A stretch of DNA of 64,000 nucleotides from assembly GCF_022539665.2 (NCBI RefSeq), contig NC_081331.1, positions 7,192,001 to 7,256,000 of the forward strand, given 5' to 3'. Made by a program: the position numbers and the translations under genes. This document shows positions 12,140 through 26,406 of the stretch, one piece after another. Source of the stretch: Daphnia carinata. Its lineage: Eukaryota. Under the pieces are notes generated by a model. That model did no database searches, was not told the DNA's origin, and saw nothing but the letters and a program-made list of their open reading frames with translations. Every line of letters starts with the position of its first letter. Position 1 is the first letter of the stretch.

Positions 12140-15100
12140 ATGGGTGTAACAGAGAAAAAAACACTGTCAATGGAAGGTCGAGCTGTTTCCTATATTCTTC
12201 TTTTTAGATTTGCATCAACGTCCGATGTGTGGTTAACGATTGTATCCATAGTGTCGGCCGTTTCTGCTGGTATTTCACTTCCTGTCTTGATAATTCTTTT
12301 TGGCAAACTTACGGATAGTTTTGCCCGTGAAGAAAGCTCAGGTTGTTCAAATGGCGATAACAGTACCGGACGCGACACGACTCGTATTAATAATGGAACT
12401 CAACTTGAGTAAGAAATCGTTTTTGCAACCAGTAATTAAGAACTACGTACCAACTGATAAAAGTCTAAACGTATATTTAAACTGCTTTTACACTAGCATT
12501 CTAACTTTTAAGCTAACTGCCTATATTCCATACCTAATCAATGTTTTGTAGCCTAATGCAGATGTTGTTTTTTTTTCTCTTAATTTATCCTTTAATTGTC
12601 TCTTGCTGAATTGTTTTCACAGGCGACGATCTATTCACGGAGCATTTTTTTTTCTTATTTTATGTTTTTGTTGCCAGCAGGCTCGTTCCCGAAAGCCCGA
12701 TGAAACGTAATCTCCTTATGGAAGATGTAATTACATATTGCATCGAAAGTGCCACTGTGGGACTTGCCTCACTCGTTCTACATGCCGTCTTCGTGGCGTG
12801 CCTTAACGTGGCAGCTTATAATCAGGTCTAGTATCAATTTCCATTCAAAGTTTAAACATGTTGCTTTTATCTCACTAGCAGTAAATACTGTTGTTGTTCT
12901 CTAACTCGGTAAACGTAGTAGTCAGCAGATACGGTAGAAATCGGACAAAAATAATGCGAATGCATGGTGCAGTTGATAACAGTGCTAGGTTAAAACACAA
13001 CCGTCAGCCGTAGGCACGTCGTAACAGTCATAATCCAATATTTCGCCACTTACCACTGGCTAATTGTTTCAACTAAGTAAATGAAGCTTTTCAAAGAAAA
13101 CGTGGATTCAAGGAAAAGATATTGGGGGTTTAAATGATACTTGTATCGTATAACGTACATAAAAGTCTTTTATCAACAGGGACGCAGAATGAGAAGTTTA
13201 CTGTTTGAGGCCGTTCTGTTTCAAGAGATAGCTTGGCACGACACTCGGCATCCGCAGGATTTTGTCTCACAGTCAACAGAGTAAGCTTGGCAGTTTGTAT
13301 AACAATAACAGCTTTAACAGTGCCCAGCAAATATTTAATGCCTCTACCGCATCTGCTTGGGCACTTCTCTTCACGCTTTTTTTCAAAATTTACATGTTTT
13401 TTAAACGTTTCTTTGTTTGTAGTAATGTCCGAAAAATCGAAGAGAGTATAGGCGAAAAATTAGGATTAATTATATACTACGCATCAGCTTTTGCTGCCTG
13501 TACTATTACTGCATTGTACCATGGATGGAAACTAACCATGGTTTGATTTGTTAATGTCATTTTTACATTTTATATATTATTTTGAAAGACATACCTCATT
13601 CCTATGCCTTAGGTTATCTTATCACCTCTTCCTCTGCTGGTTGCTACAACTTTTTCCTCTCAAAGCAACAAACAAAGTTTAGGCTGCAGGAACTTGATGC
13701 CAGTTCGAGAGCTATCGCAAATGCTGAAGAAGTTTTTGAGGGCCTTCGAACAGTTGTGGCATTTGGAGGGCAACAGAAAGAGCTGCAGCGCTTCCAGCAA
13801 GAAATGCAACCCATTGAATTTGCTACCTTCAGGCGCAGCCTCTTAAGCGGCCTGGAAGCTGGATTGTGGTGGCTCCTAACATTCGTATCTTACGCCTTGG
13901 CATTTTGGTACGGAGTGGGCATGGTCTTGTCCTCTTCGTCCTCCTCCTCCGACAACATACCGATTCAGGGAAAACAAAAATATTCAGTGGCAACTTTCAA
14001 CATAGTTTTTTTTAACGTTCTTTATGGGGGGACTAAAATTAGCCAAATTCTTAGTCTGATCGAAATATTTTCTACTGGAAAAGTGGCAGCTAATTCGGTG
14101 TTCAAAACAATCGACACCTTAAGAATCACACAACTTCTTCAAAGGAGGAAGAACCACAATTCATTTGAAAAAATTGAAGGATTGATGGAGTTTGATGGAG
14201 TCCAATTCAGCTACCCCTCAAGACCGAATGTGCCTGTTTTGAAAGGCATCTCTTTCAGCATTCCACCTGGAAAAACAGTAGCTTTAGTTGGACCATCTGG
14301 ATGTGGCAAAACAACATTGATACAACTCATTCAAAGACTGTACGACCCGATCTACGGTGTGATTCGTCTGGACGGTATATCGCTAAATCAATACGATCCG
14401 ATTTGGTTGCGACGTCATATAGGCATCGTTGGTCAAGAGCCTGTTCTCTTTGCAGCCACCATTAGAGAAAACATTCTATTAGGGGGTTGTTTTAATGGAA
14501 CTGAACACCGAGAACTATTGCTGGTAGAGATGCAACATGCCGCAAGACAGGCTCTTGTTCATGATTTTATCCAGTCGCTTCCCCTAGGATACGAAACAGT
14601 AATTGGTGACGGTGGCACTCAGCTAAGTGGCGGCCAGAAACAATGTGAAATGACGATTCATTTTAAAATTCAGGAAAAATATTCTAATGGATAATTTGAT
14701 TTTCAATATTTAGGTATTGCCATAGCTCGAGCTCTAATGAGAGATCCAAAAATTCTCCTTTTAGATGAGCCAACATCAGCTTTGGATAAATTGAGTGAAG
14801 TTGCAGTACAGAAAGCTTTGGATAGCGTTTGTAGAGGAAGAACTTGCTTTATTATTGCGCATCGGATGGCAACCATTCGGAAAGCCGACTTAATCCTCGT
14901 TCTACATGGCGGACTCATTGCCGTATATCACTTTCAGTTCTAAAATTACTATTATGCCAGTAATTAGCTTTAGTACTTAACTATAAAATTATATTTCAAT
15001 TAGGAATGCGGATCTCACGAAGTCTTAATGGCTAAAGGAGGATTGTATTCTAGCCTTGTTACTAAATCAAATTCAGTTGATGGTCAAACGTGTTCACGAA

Positions 15101-17177
15101 TTGCTGAACCATGTCCTGAAATCATACCAATCCAATCAAACCATTCGGCTCTTTTCGCTTCGGAAAATGGACTTCCAAATTTGACGAACTTGAATGGCGT
15201 AAAAGCTCAGTATAGAAGGACTATACCTCAGCGTATGCTTCATGGAGAAATAAATTCACGGAAGAAGCCTTATACTTCGTTAACAAAAATCGTAGGATCT
15301 AATCGGCAGTTGTTACCATACGTTGCCTTTGGTGTTTTGGGATCGATCACCACGGGACTTTGCCAACCAATCTTTTGCATTGTTTTTGGAGAAACACTCA
15401 ACCTTTTGAGCATTGGAATACGCGCACAAACAGAGATTGAAGAAATTACAGCCAACTTTCTATGTGTCTTCTTGGTTCTAGCCGTTGTTGCGGGCACCGC
15501 TGGATTTGTCCAAACATTCACTTTCTCATTGACTGGTAGTCGATTGTTGTTACAACTCCGAATGTTGAGCTATCAGTCAATATTAAATCAAGAAATAAGT
15601 TGGTTTGATCGACCAGAAAATAACGTAGGTGCTCTCTGCACGCGTTTGATGAGCGATCCATCTAACATTCAAGCAGTGGTTGGTTTGCGAACAGGTGCAG
15701 TCATCCAAGGTCTATCAGCGTTGATCTTCTCGCTAGCTTTAGCTTTCTACTACCAGTGGAAACTAGCGTTAGTTGGGTCCATATTCATCCCTGTGTTGTT
15801 AATAATCTTTGTGATAGATTCGAAACTAGGAGTGACGCAAAACTCGGTAGAAGAAAACAAAATTATCGAAGATTCGAACCGTATAGCTACGGAAACCATC
15901 TCCAACATTCGTACAGTGGTGGGCCTTAACAAACAAGAACATTTTCATACAAGCTACACAGAAATATTAAATATGGGACAACAGACTCTTAGAAGAAGAG
16001 CAGCAGTTCGTGGCTTGGTATGCTCGTTGGCCTCAAATCTCGATACGCTTGTTTCTATCTTTTTTATGTTTTATGGGGGTTACCTGGTTCAAAACGAAGC
16101 CACACCCGTTAAAAATGTGTTCGCTGTCTCTGAGTCTCTCGTTTATGGCATGGAAAACGTTGGAAAAGATTTGTCGCTCATGCCGAATTTTAAAAAAGCG
16201 TGTGATTCGGCCGGCCGTTTTTGCAGTTTATTGGATACTGACGTTGATTCTAGCAACGCTTCTCCTACACACAAATCAACTGGTGATGTCCCTGCGGATT
16301 TATTGGAGCAAATTAAATTCGAGAATATACGATTCAGTTATCCTATTCGGGCTGATGTACCAGTTCTAGATGAATTCAGTGTCGTTATTCAGCCGGGGCA
16401 AACGGTGGCACTAGTCGGACCCAACGGTTCGGGAAAATCCACGTGTCTTCAACTACTTCAACGCTTTTATGACCCCAGTCGAGGAAGTATTCATTTCAAT
16501 CGATGTCCTTTGGCAGATTTCTCAAAAAAATCGTAACAGCATTTCTGTTTTATCACACTGTATGGGCATATATCTTTATGAATAATCATGTTATTGAATG
16601 ACGACAGTTTACGGTTCCGGCTTGGCCTGGTCTGCCAGGAACCAGTTCTCTTCAACCGGACCATTGGCGAGAACATTGCGTACGGGGACAATACTCGCCA
16701 GGCACTCGCTGAGGAACTTATGGAATCTGCTCGTCAAGCCAACATACACCATTGGATTGAGTCGCTACCCAACGGTTATGAGACAATCGTGGGGCATCGT
16801 GGAGCTCAGTTAAGCGGCGGTCAGAAACAGCGTGTGGCCATAGCTAGAGCCCTTCTTAGACGACCTCAAATCCTAGTAAATACAACTAGGAATTATATTC
16901 ATTCCAATAGTTAAACGTTAGAATTTAAATTAAGATTTTAGACGAAGCGACGTCTGCTCTGGATCCAGAATCTGAACTTTTGGTACAGCAAGCGCTCAAT
17001 CAAGCTCAGGTTGGCCGTACTTGCATTGTTATTTCCCACAGCTTGCAGTCAATCAGTAGCGCGGATCTCATACTTGTATTGAACCGGGGAAAAATTCAAG
17101 AACAAGGTAATCATCAGCAATTAATGGAACTTGGAGGCTTATATCATCAACTGTTCACATCAGAAAAAATTGGCTGA
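12140..17177 (+). CDS. ABCB1: ABCB1/P-glycoprotein-type full ABC transporter (apparent frameshift near 13651)
   Basis: TMD-NBD-TMD-NBD layout; Walker A GPSGCGKT and [14 protein letters not shown]; signature LSGGQKQ twice; Walker [12 protein letters not shown] and [10 protein letters not shown]. Confidence 0.9.
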
Positions 17178-18314
17178 CAAGTATAGCGTAAAGAACGGAA
17201 TGTCTAACCCGCCAGCAGTGGATACTAAACTGTACCAGAGAATTTCTTATCGATGACTTTGATTTCGTACAATTTGTTTAGCAAATTTCAAAAGCAAATA
17301 AACCAAAACTTTCGCTGACAGTGCTGCCGCGGCAAATTCACCTTTATTTAAGTATTTATTTTCGTCCCAAATTTGTCCACCTATAAGGGTGTTCTCAACT
17401 GGTAAATATTGCGTAACTGGGCATTAAAAAAATAAAGGCCAGACTGATACTCTGCTGAACAATTTCACAAAACAAGGAAAAATGAAACCCAGAGGCAACC
17501 AAAGCTATTATGATAAAAAACATCTTCTTCACATCATAAGAATAAATGTCAATCAAAGTAAATCGAACCGGGATTCCCTTTTTCTTACCCGGCATTGCTT
17601 GCTGTATACAACTAAGGAACCCATTTGGTTTATTATTATTATTATTTATGTTTATTTGCACACAGGTTTTCCATTGGTTGGAAGACTTTTTCCTTTTTGT
17701 TTTATACAACAAAGCCTTCGCTTTCTATTGAGTTTGCTGCAGGATTTTATGAAAACTTTACTCGCATAAGCTCGAGATACATTCTTGAAGGAAGGGGAAT
17801 GGATCGGAGCAGGCCATGCATAGTACAGGTCTAGAAATTTCATACGAGCGAATCAGGCTAAAAAAATGCAAGTAACTCTAAATTCTCAGCCTAATAAGGA
17901 GGTTCACACAAGAAAAGCTAAGCATTTCGTTTTGTTCTTTTCCAATACATCTTTTTAGGTGCTTATATTATCATTACATGACTGTTCCAACTCAAACAAA
18001 AATACGTTTCTAAAAGGAATTTCGTACAAATTTGCAGTTTTGTGATTTACGTCAGATTCAGTGCCCAGAGCGGTGTGTTCATTTCCAATTCACAACTAAC
18101 TGTTTCAGCCATCGGAGAATCTGAATCATGTTTATAACTTGTAAACCATGTAAATCATAACCATAAGCAAATCACCATCAATAAATTTATTGAAATTTAT
18201 AGCTGAATGATAAAGCCATTGGCTTGGCTGCCTTATTAAAAAACGAACATGGAAGAAAGGATATTGTAAATAACGATACCATTCAGTAAAACTGAAGGAA
18301 ATTTATTAGGTGGA

Positions 18315-19511
18315 TCAGAGATACAGATCAAAGTCGATTCGTCTCGAGGTATAGAAATCTCCTTGTTGACCAACACGGCGCACCCACACGCCCGATTCAA
18401 AGTAGCCTTGGTTTACCTGAAAATCGTATTAAATTAGGTTTAGCAGTCTCACTAGGTTCACAGTCAGTAAAATTATTAAAAAGACCAACCCAATCAAGCA
18501 TCTCGGCTGTACTATGCGGTCCATGTACTTCGGAGTCATCCTCTTGTTTCCACTTAAATTCCCATTGTACAGTTTCTGAGGTTTTTACTTCGTTGGTTGT
18601 AGCTTGGCTTTCGCCTTCCTCGAATCGAACCTTCTTAGTTACAGGTTCATTCTCAGCTGACTCTGACTTCTGTTTGTCAGAACCATCACTTGCTTTATTC
18701 TTCTCGTCAAACATGTCCCCAAACATATCGAGATCGTTGATCGGTTTCGATGCAACCTCTTCTATTTTTTTTACTTTGTAACATATTCCTTCAAATGTTT
18801 CTTGATAAATATCCATGTTCCCCATTTCAGAAAGGATCTTATTAGCAAGCTCAGTTAATTTAGCTATAGATTCCTTATTTAATGTGCTTTCTTTGTTGCC
18901 TTCTTCATCTGGTTGTTTTTTCTTCTTTTTCCATCTTTCAGATGCTGTTTGTACTTTACCACCTCCTAATCGTTTCAGGGCTTTAAGGACTGTTTCTCCA
19001 GGTAAAAGAATGGTAAGCATTTCTTTGTATGCAGGGATGGGGTCAAATTTCTTCAAGTAGTCAGTTGCATCCATGCTCTCTTCATCTGATGGGATTTTGT
19101 TGGAAGCTGATTGAGAATTCACTTTTACCCAATCAATATTGTCTAACCAATGGTCTTTCACTTCATCTTTCTCTCGCTTGCCAAATATATAAGTGCCCTC
19201 TTTGTCAATATCTCCTTCTTCCATTTCTTCCTTCATGTTAAATGGTGTAATCTGGATTTCTCCATCAAATTCTTGAGTAGGATCTTCTTGTCCTGATGAA
19301 ATGGTTGGAATTATAATGTTTTTGTAGTAGATATAATATACAATAAAGCAAAATTACCTTCTATGTCATCCTCCTTCATCATCTCGTATTTGTCAACGTT
19401 TTCGGCATCATTTTCGTCACCACTTTCATCGCCGTCAGAAAAATCACCTTGATCAACATTCCCCGTTTCTAGGGAATCTTCTTCTAACTCTCCGTGTTTT
19501 CTTTTCGGCAT
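18315..19511 (-). CDS. CD2BP2: CD2 antigen cytoplasmic tail-binding protein 2 (U5-52K, GYF domain)
   Basis: ITPFNMKEEMEEGDIDKEGTY; DHWLDNIDW; PGETVLKALKRLGG; GYF domain WEFKW..HGPHSTAEMLDW..GYF; C-terminus FYTSRRIDFDLYL. Confidence 0.92.
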
Positions 19512-20944
19512 TTTGCTCAATAAAACACCTTGTGTCTGAAGAAATATAACTTGGGCAACGCTTTTTCACCTAAGAGTTTTTTTTACAGATAGTTCAAATT
19601 ATTCTTCAAAACCCAGTATAATTGTTTATGATATCTAGCAGACGATCATGCAAGGGCGCATGATCGTCGACTAATGTGCTTGTTGCTACAAAATGCTTGC
19701 TGGTTGTAGACTTTGTAGTTATCCTTGGCCGTGCTGACTCCTGGTTGTATATTTACAGGGCGGCAAACTACCGACATATGCGTGTTTTCGTTTGGACTTT
19801 GTTCATTTGTCACACTAGTATTCTCGAATAATTTACTTATATAACGAATAAATCAAAATTGTCGAGCACTCTAAAATCATTTTATCTTTAAGACGACAAA
19901 CGGGCTTTGTCTGTTTTCCTCCAAGAAGCAATTTTGCTTTCAATTTTGAATTCATTTGTTAATTCTTGCGTCCTTTCAAAGACAAAAAGAAAACGCAAAT
20001 TGATAACAGAATACCAACGAAGAAATGCACGCTCGTATGAAAACACACAGATTTGGTTTTCCTAAATAGTCTCACCATGAGCAGAAAACGACCGAGTCAA
20101 GTCGTGTAATCGCAGATCAACGCGCAATTGGTCGTCGATTACATCTTGTGTTCTAGGCACGTTCAGAAAAGAAAACCTTTTGCCGAATTATTAATTCAGT
20201 TACAGTCATTACAACAGCTACGTGCAAGCCTAAAATGTATTATAACTTTTCATTCACCAAGCTACCCCAAAGTTTTTCGAACCATTTCAAGGAAATGAGA
20301 CGATCAAACGAACACAAAATAGGAAAAAAAAATCATACCAACGAAGCTCATACCAAGACCTTTCGTTCCTTTTCTTAAATGATTGCCTTATTTAACAAGT
20401 AATTTGATTGAAAAGGTTGCCTCGGATGACATAATGATACAATATTGGATTTCAGGAGAAAAGGGAACTTAAGATTTAGTTGCTACTGTTTGCACATATC
20501 GGCTGTGAAATGGTAAATACGATATCAAAAATTAAGAACTACCGAGGTGCAATACATAAAACGCTAGGAAAAAAAAGCAATGTCGGGTTATCCACGCGCG
20601 AAAAACAGATTAAAGAAGAAAACGTATGTATTCATATATTTATAGGGAGGGGTATCAGCAGTAATCAACGTTCCGCTGTCGGAGGAAATTTTCTCACCTA
20701 AGTATTATCATCGGCTAAACATTCCAAGCGGAATGGTAAATCAATTATAGGTAGATGAGAACTATATGCTACATTAACGACCTGTAGTACCAAAGTTGTC
20801 TTTAGCCATAGAACGTTTGGTCATTAAAAAATAAACCGCTCTAATCTTGGACATTCCCTTTAAGAAAAAAAAAATTCCAGCAGTGCCGATTCAAAACGGG
20901 GATTAGGAGAAAAATACGAAAAACTTTCGAAACAAATACGCCAA

Positions 20945-21799
<855 letters not shown>

Positions 21800-22533
21800 T
21801 CAGAATGAAATTTTTGTTGGTAAAGATCGTATTGACTGATGTTGAATCTCTACGTAGAACATCCAGAACAAAAGGAAATTTGTTTATACGTAAATATACG
21901 CCCAGAACAAGTAAATGAAATAAAAACGATTGCTCGTTCGATTGAATTTTCACAGAAAAACAGTTTAGCAACAACAAATCGGCAAAATGAACAATAAAAA
22001 GCTTAACACACCAAAATCGCATAAAAATAAAACATACCACTTCTATAATTGCCCCAGTTTTGTGAACAACACAACGTCGAAACGACACAATGAACGATAG
22101 ATAGAATGTACCCACCAGACAACCAACACTACTGCGAATGAGAGAACACTGACTAATCGCGTTAGGGTGTTCTCGGTCTCACTGTGCCAGAGAATAATCG
22201 TGTTTTTCAGGTTTACTCTTGTGAGTTTTTTCTCGTCCTTCTTAATGTTATGAAAATTTCTCATTTCATATCTTCGAAGGTAAAATACAAGTACCGTGAA
22301 GGTTCTCATTTTATTATATGTGAATTGATATGTAAAATTTGCAAGAAATGAGGAAACCATGTGGCAACATGGCACTAAAAGTAATTGTTAAACAACGCTG
22401 TCTGCTTAGCTTTTTATTTCAAATTTGAAATTAAGCGTTCAAGCTGAATTTAAACATATCAAACTTAACCTAAACATATTTGAACATTGTATAATGTTGA
22501 CCGAATGTAAATTCTGCTAAGGCATTTACAATA

Positions 22534-24880
22534 ATGGGGGTGAAATATCTATGGAGCATTGTGGAACCTATTTGCAAAGAGAAACCTGTGGTAGGGTCTT
22601 ATATACTCTTAATTAAATCACCATTTTATTTGATCATAATCTTTGCTTTGACTTTATTCACATAAAACAATGACATGTAACATAAGTCTTGTTTTGTTGA
22701 AATTGTTTCCCTACAGGCAGAACTATTTGGAAAACGATTAGCCATAGACACTGCTTGGTAATCATTATTCATGTTTGTTTATTTTTGGTTTTGTTTTACT
22801 CGTTTATTTTCTTTTTTTTCTTTTTATATTGCTTGGCCGTGCTAGCTGGGTTGTCAGTGACAATCAAGTTTTGCCATCACATATAGCAAAGCCTCATTTA
22901 AGGTAAAATAACTATACTCTATAATTTCTAACAATTTGTTAACAATTATTGTCCTTTGAATTTAGAAATCTTTTCTTTAGAACTGCCTCTCTTTTGGAGA
23001 ATGGCATAGATCCAATATATGTCCTAGAAGGTAAAGCCCCAGAACTGAAGAGAAAAGTAATGAAAAAAAGAAACGAGGCAAGATTTGGAACATGTCAAAC
23101 AATCACATCTGGGTCAGCTAGTACCACCCAAAACTCAACTGGACGTTGTAGATACAAATTTATTCAACAAGAATGCAAGGAACTGCTTACTGCATTGGGA
23201 GTTATCACCATAACTAGCATGGGGGAAGCGGAAGCCGCATGTGCTGGCCTTAACCGTCAAGGAGCAGTAGATGGATGTATCACCGTCGATGGTGATGCCT
23301 TTTTATACGGCGCAAAAATTGTTTATCGCAATCTTAGCACGGACATAACCAATTTTGTTTGTCAAGAGTATTCAATGGATTTGATAGAGACTCGTCTGAA
23401 TTTATCCCGGGACAAACTTGTTGCAATGGCCATATTATTCGGATGCGACTATTTGCCCGATGGAGTACCTGGAGTTGGAAAAGAATCTGCTCTTCGCGTG
23501 CTTTCAACCTGGAAAAATGGCCAGGCTTTAGAAATCCTAAAATCGTGGGTTTCCGAGGAAACTTTTAGCGATAGCATTCCCCTACGCCCTGCGCACTGTT
23601 CGCAATGTAAACATCCGGGTTCCTTACGCGCTCACGCAAAATCTGGCTGCCTACAATGTAAAACAACAAGTGTTGGATGCAAACCGTCGAGTAGAGTTTG
23701 CCACTGTGAATGGCACCTTAACGAGGTCCACTATGAAGAAGTAGCTATCCGTGAGAAAATGAAGCGTTTAAAGGAATTAAATCTAGAAGAAATTTTCGAC
23801 GAGTTCAAAAATGAAGATCATTTGAACAGAAAGTGTGGTGATATCCAGCCGTGGCAAATGCCTTGTATTCAGACATTTCTTGATATCGCCACAAAGAAGC
23901 TCAAGTGGGAACCGCACTATGCAGCCGCCAAAGTTCTCCCACTTTTAAGTCGATGGATTATTATTCACGGAAAAAATCATTGTCAAAAGCAATTTGCAGT
24001 TACACCGCTGCGTATTTTGAAGAAGCGAGTTAAGGTAGGAAAAATTAGCTACATATATTCACGCATGAAGATTGTGTGGTACATTAAAGTCTGTAGTGAA
24101 CACTATTTTAAAAATTGTCCTTTTATTTAAATTTTTTTCTAGCGTGGATGTCCGATGTATGAAGTCGAATGGAAGTTTAATAATGAGAACGAAAATTTCC
24201 CTAGCAATTTCAACACCTTGGAGCCACAGTTTTTGATCGAAAAAGATTTTTTTTTTTTGATACCAGTACCCGTACCAAAACCCTTGAAACCAAGCAGAAG
24301 GAAAAATGCTTCAAAAATAATTAAACCATGTGACGATGTGAGGAAACTTGATGTGGTGGAAATGTTCAGAAATATGAATCTCGAGACCAGAAAAAAACTA
24401 AATTCATCAACTGTATCAGAAGATTCGAGCCTCTTTGATTTATCAGGGGGAACGGATGACTCCGATTTGTCTGCTATAGTAAACCATATTTGTAACAAAA
24501 AAACAAAATCTGCTGACAATGGTCGAATACCCGATTCCGATCCAGATTTTCATTTCCATGAAGAAAAATCGAGTTTCACGTCAAGCCCGTCGAAGTCCCC
24601 TGTGCTGCCACAAGATTCGCTATGCAACTATATGATTCAGAAACTTGATCTGCAACGACGTGACGAACGCCCACTTCCAAATTTCAGCTTAAATTTCTCG
24701 CTTGGGAAATTTTTGGAAACCTCTAGTACTGTCGCACATTCTCGGTTAAATGATACTAATTCTGCAGTCATGTTTTCTACACCCTTGAAGCAGTCAAGTA
24801 ATTCAAAGGAAAACGCCGAGCAAGATAGTTTCGCCACTCCTTCTCCATTGGCGGAGCGCTTCAGTCGCGTCCGCATTTAA
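22534..24880 (+). CDS. GEN1: Holliday junction resolvase GEN1 (XPG/Rad2 family)
   Basis: MGVKYLW..LAIDTACW..KPHLRNLFFR; GEAEAACA; DGDAFLYGA; LFGCDYLPDGVPGVGKE; GEN1-type Cys cluster HCSQCKHPGS..CHCEWH. Confidence 0.92.
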
Positions 24881-25695
24881 CAAGAACATCTCTCAAGAGT
24901 ATTTTTCAACAAATTAAAAATTTTTTCATGAAAACGTTTCGACAATGACTGAAACAACTGCAAAGAAGAAAACAATAAACTTGCAACATGTATCCTTCTA
25001 TTTTGTTCTACAGTATTTTGCCAAGAAAGAACGTCAAGAAGAATCCCCGGAGCAATAATCAACGATTACGGATTTTAGTAAAGAATTCGATTTTAAGTTT
25101 CATACACCGAGAAAAATAAGGGAAGAGATCACAGAACAGTGACCGGAGTGCCACCATTTCTAGTGGCGAAATCTGCCTTTGCGCGGCTTCTCTCGCCCAT
25201 CAGAGTATATATGAATAAAACATCTTTTCGACATTTGTTTGGGAAAGTGCTGGTACGGCCCACGGCCGTACCACTACCTTGTAGTAACAGATTTTTTTGT
25301 ATATCACATAGATTATTTGGTTGGTCGCAGGCCGTACAGTACTAAAGAACAGTATGTTCGTCTCATTGCAGCCGTTTGTCAACGTCAAACCTGAAGTATA
25401 CCTTCACGGTCAAACGTCAAAAAAAGCTATATCAGAAAAATAGATTTTATTTGATTTTTGAGACACGCGAAGCATCATTTCAGAATATCTTTGTATCGTC
25501 TCTATAATGGCCATTCGGTACTGATATGTATCTTAACGTATATCTTACGTGTTATCTGATTTGTTACTTATTCGACTATGGAAAACTGTGCCTATTAGTG
25601 GGATAGTTCTTACCGCTAGATTTGGTAAAACACGTAGGAAGGAATTAGTATCGAGCTTATAGAAGTCACGATGTATCGCTTCGCTATATCGATGA

Positions 25696-25703
25696 TATCG
25701 ATA
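25696..25703. promoter_or_regulatory. DRE (TATCGATA) element upstream of POLE4
   Basis: Perfect TATCGATA plus an adjacent TATCGATG, about 190 bp upstream of the POLE4 ATG. DRE/DREF sites are typical of arthropod replication-gene promoters. Confidence 0.5.
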
Positions 25704-25891
25704 AATACTGTATGTCGGGCGGGAAACGTTTTCGCCTTTCGCCCTTGTTGTAGTCTGCTTGGCTTACTTAAAAAAATAGTGGTCTCGAGCTGACGCCTGA
25801 AAGCTGCATTATTCTGGTTACGTTTAGGTGATGAATGGTGAAAATTATCAAGTACTGGTAGGACCTTGGTTATTCAAGTGAGAGTTTAAAA

Positions 25892-26406
25892 ATGGACCAA
25901 ATGGAGGAAAACGAAATTGAGCTAGAAACAGTTGTGATAGATGACAATGCTGACAGTGCTGACTACAATATTGTGCCAACAGACATCGTAAGCGCTACCA
26001 CAACTGTAGAAGACAGCAACAAAGTTGAAAAGCTTGTCAAATTTCCTATCACACGAATCAAACATCTAGTGAAGATGGATCCAGATGTCAACCTTTGTAG
26101 TCAAGAAGCTTTATTCCTAATCACAAAAACAACGGTAAGCCATAAACAAAATTATGACACACTACACTTATTAATCTACAAGTTTGTTTTTATGGTTTTA
26201 TGTATTTCATTTACAAAATTAAAGTTCAAACATTGAATGATTTACCTCTGCCTTTCTTTCAGGAATTCTTTGTTGAATGTCTATCCAAAGAAGCTTATTC
26301 CTATACTGCACAAGCCAAAAAGAAAACTGTCCAAAAGAAAGATGTGGAACAGGCAATAGATGCAGTTGATGCTCTGGCTTTCCTTGAGGGTGTTTTGGAC
26401 TCATAA
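25892..26406 (+). CDS. POLE4: DNA polymerase epsilon subunit 4 (histone-fold), 2 exons
   Basis: KFPITRIKHLVKMDPDVNLCSQEALFLITKTT|EFFVECLSKEAY..KKKTVQKKDVEQAIDAVDALAFLEG. Confidence 0.9.

Noticed and set aside
25252..25285. GC hairpin GGTACGGCC-CAC-GGCCGTACC as a Helitron 3' end
   Set aside because: No canonical CTRR terminus at the expected distance and no identifiable 5' end.
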